Assembly (NCBI GenBank): GCA_002189035.1
Contig: NEEC01000009.1
Coordinates: forward strand, 3,286,001 to 3,350,000
DNA length: 64,000 nucleotides
Reading direction: 5' to 3'
From: Utricularia gibba
Taxonomy: Eukaryota > Plantae > Magnoliophyta
This document shows, one piece after another, positions 63,201-64,000 of the stretch. The notes beneath the pieces are model-generated. The model ran no database searches. It was not told the origin of the DNA and saw only the letters and a program-made list of their open reading frames with translations. Within the stretch, counting starts at the first letter, position 1, and each line of letters begins with the position of its first letter. A program made the position numbers and the translations under genes.

Positions 63201-64000
63201 ATACCTGATCGGATGCTGGGCGAAGTACGGGGAATCAATTCACGGTTAGATATACCTATTCCTCAGAACTGCAGTGTGAACAAGCAATAAGTTACTAATT
63301 CTTGGCATCATTGAGCAGATGTATGACCTCAACGCTAGTTCGTAATGGGTTCGTTAGGGGTTCAGCAGCTTTAGGTAATGGTTGCTACCAGCATAGATGT
63401 GTGAACAACACACTCGAGGTTGCCGTGGATGGGATGTGGAAATCTTGTCCTGGAGCTGGCGGGACCATAAAGTTTCCCGGCTTCAATGGTAACAATATTT
63501 TCTGATTTCTTGTTGTGAGTTTCTGCTTCTGATCACAAAAGGAACACTGATTCTGTAATGCATATTTCCTTCATCAAATGTAGGTGAACTCACTTGTCCT
63601 GCCTACCATGAGCTCTGCCAAGCTGACAACATCCATGTCTCTGGTCCATGCCCGAATTCATGTCTTCTCAATGGTGATTGTGTCGAGGGGAAATGCCACT
63701 GCTTCTTGGGTTTTGAGGGTGAAGACTGTAGCCAGCGTAAGCTGTTTGTGCTGTTAATCAAACCTGATTATGCAGAATATTTCTTAATAATTCCATGTCT
63801 CCTTATCAACAGGTACGTGCCCCAACAACTGTAGTGGCCAAGGGCAGTGCCTCGAAGGTGGAATCTGCAACTGCCGAAGTGGCTTTACGGGAGTCGACTG
63901 CTCAACTGGTAATGGCACACGCACTTGTGTCTACGCCTACGTCAGTTCCATCGCATGACTACCGAATGTGTTCTTTTATTGTGCAGCCATATGCGATGAG
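60204..64000 (+). CDS. Leishmanolysin-like M8 metallopeptidase, multi-exon, continues past the right edge
   Basis: [13 protein letters not shown]; [20 protein letters not shown]; [23 protein letters not shown]; zinc motif LIHE|VMHVLGFD; [17 protein letters not shown]; EGYCP; Cys-rich EGF-like repeats near the edge. Confidence 0.93.

Noticed and set aside
1-64000. Prokaryotic features (operons, CRISPR arrays, IS elements)
   Set aside because: The sequence is intron-rich plant DNA; no regularly spaced repeat-spacer array or transposase ORF was seen.

Overview
Eukaryotic (eudicot plant) nuclear DNA from an unusually compact genome: about 22 protein-coding loci in 64 kb with mostly 60-150 nt introns. 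This is consistent with a miniature Lamiales genome such as Genlisea/Utricularia (inference, not proven). Coding loci, left to right: CRK kinase, deleted ACBP4 pseudogene, PWWP protein, Gfo/Idh/MocA oxidoreductase, RALF, COG4, EGR-type PP2C, NUDT25, degraded PB1 gene, GC1/SulA, EF-hand protein, TKPR1, LAX2-like, thaumatin-like, GH10 xylanase, MYB4-like, HPR1, DSK2, DAZ-like C2H2, AVT3, a small MGSLM.GW-family protein, a NAC-tail-like fragment and an M8 leishmanolysin-like peptidase. Non-coding genes absent from the ORF track: a Pol III U3 snoRNA gene (USE/TATA/T-run), MIR164, and a minus-strand CR20/GUT15-like long non-coding locus. That locus carries a conserved-looking double hairpin and an intronic 80-nt tRNA-like cloverleaf whose anticodon loop is replaced by a GNRA-capped hairpin (top finding). 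Other notable points: an apparent excess of GC-AG introns, microhomology deletions and an inverted COG4 fragment near a probable synteny junction, and recurrent 1-nt losses in G/C runs that look like long-read consensus errors rather than real frameshifts. Gene identities and Arabidopsis locus IDs are from recall of family motifs; no database search was run.
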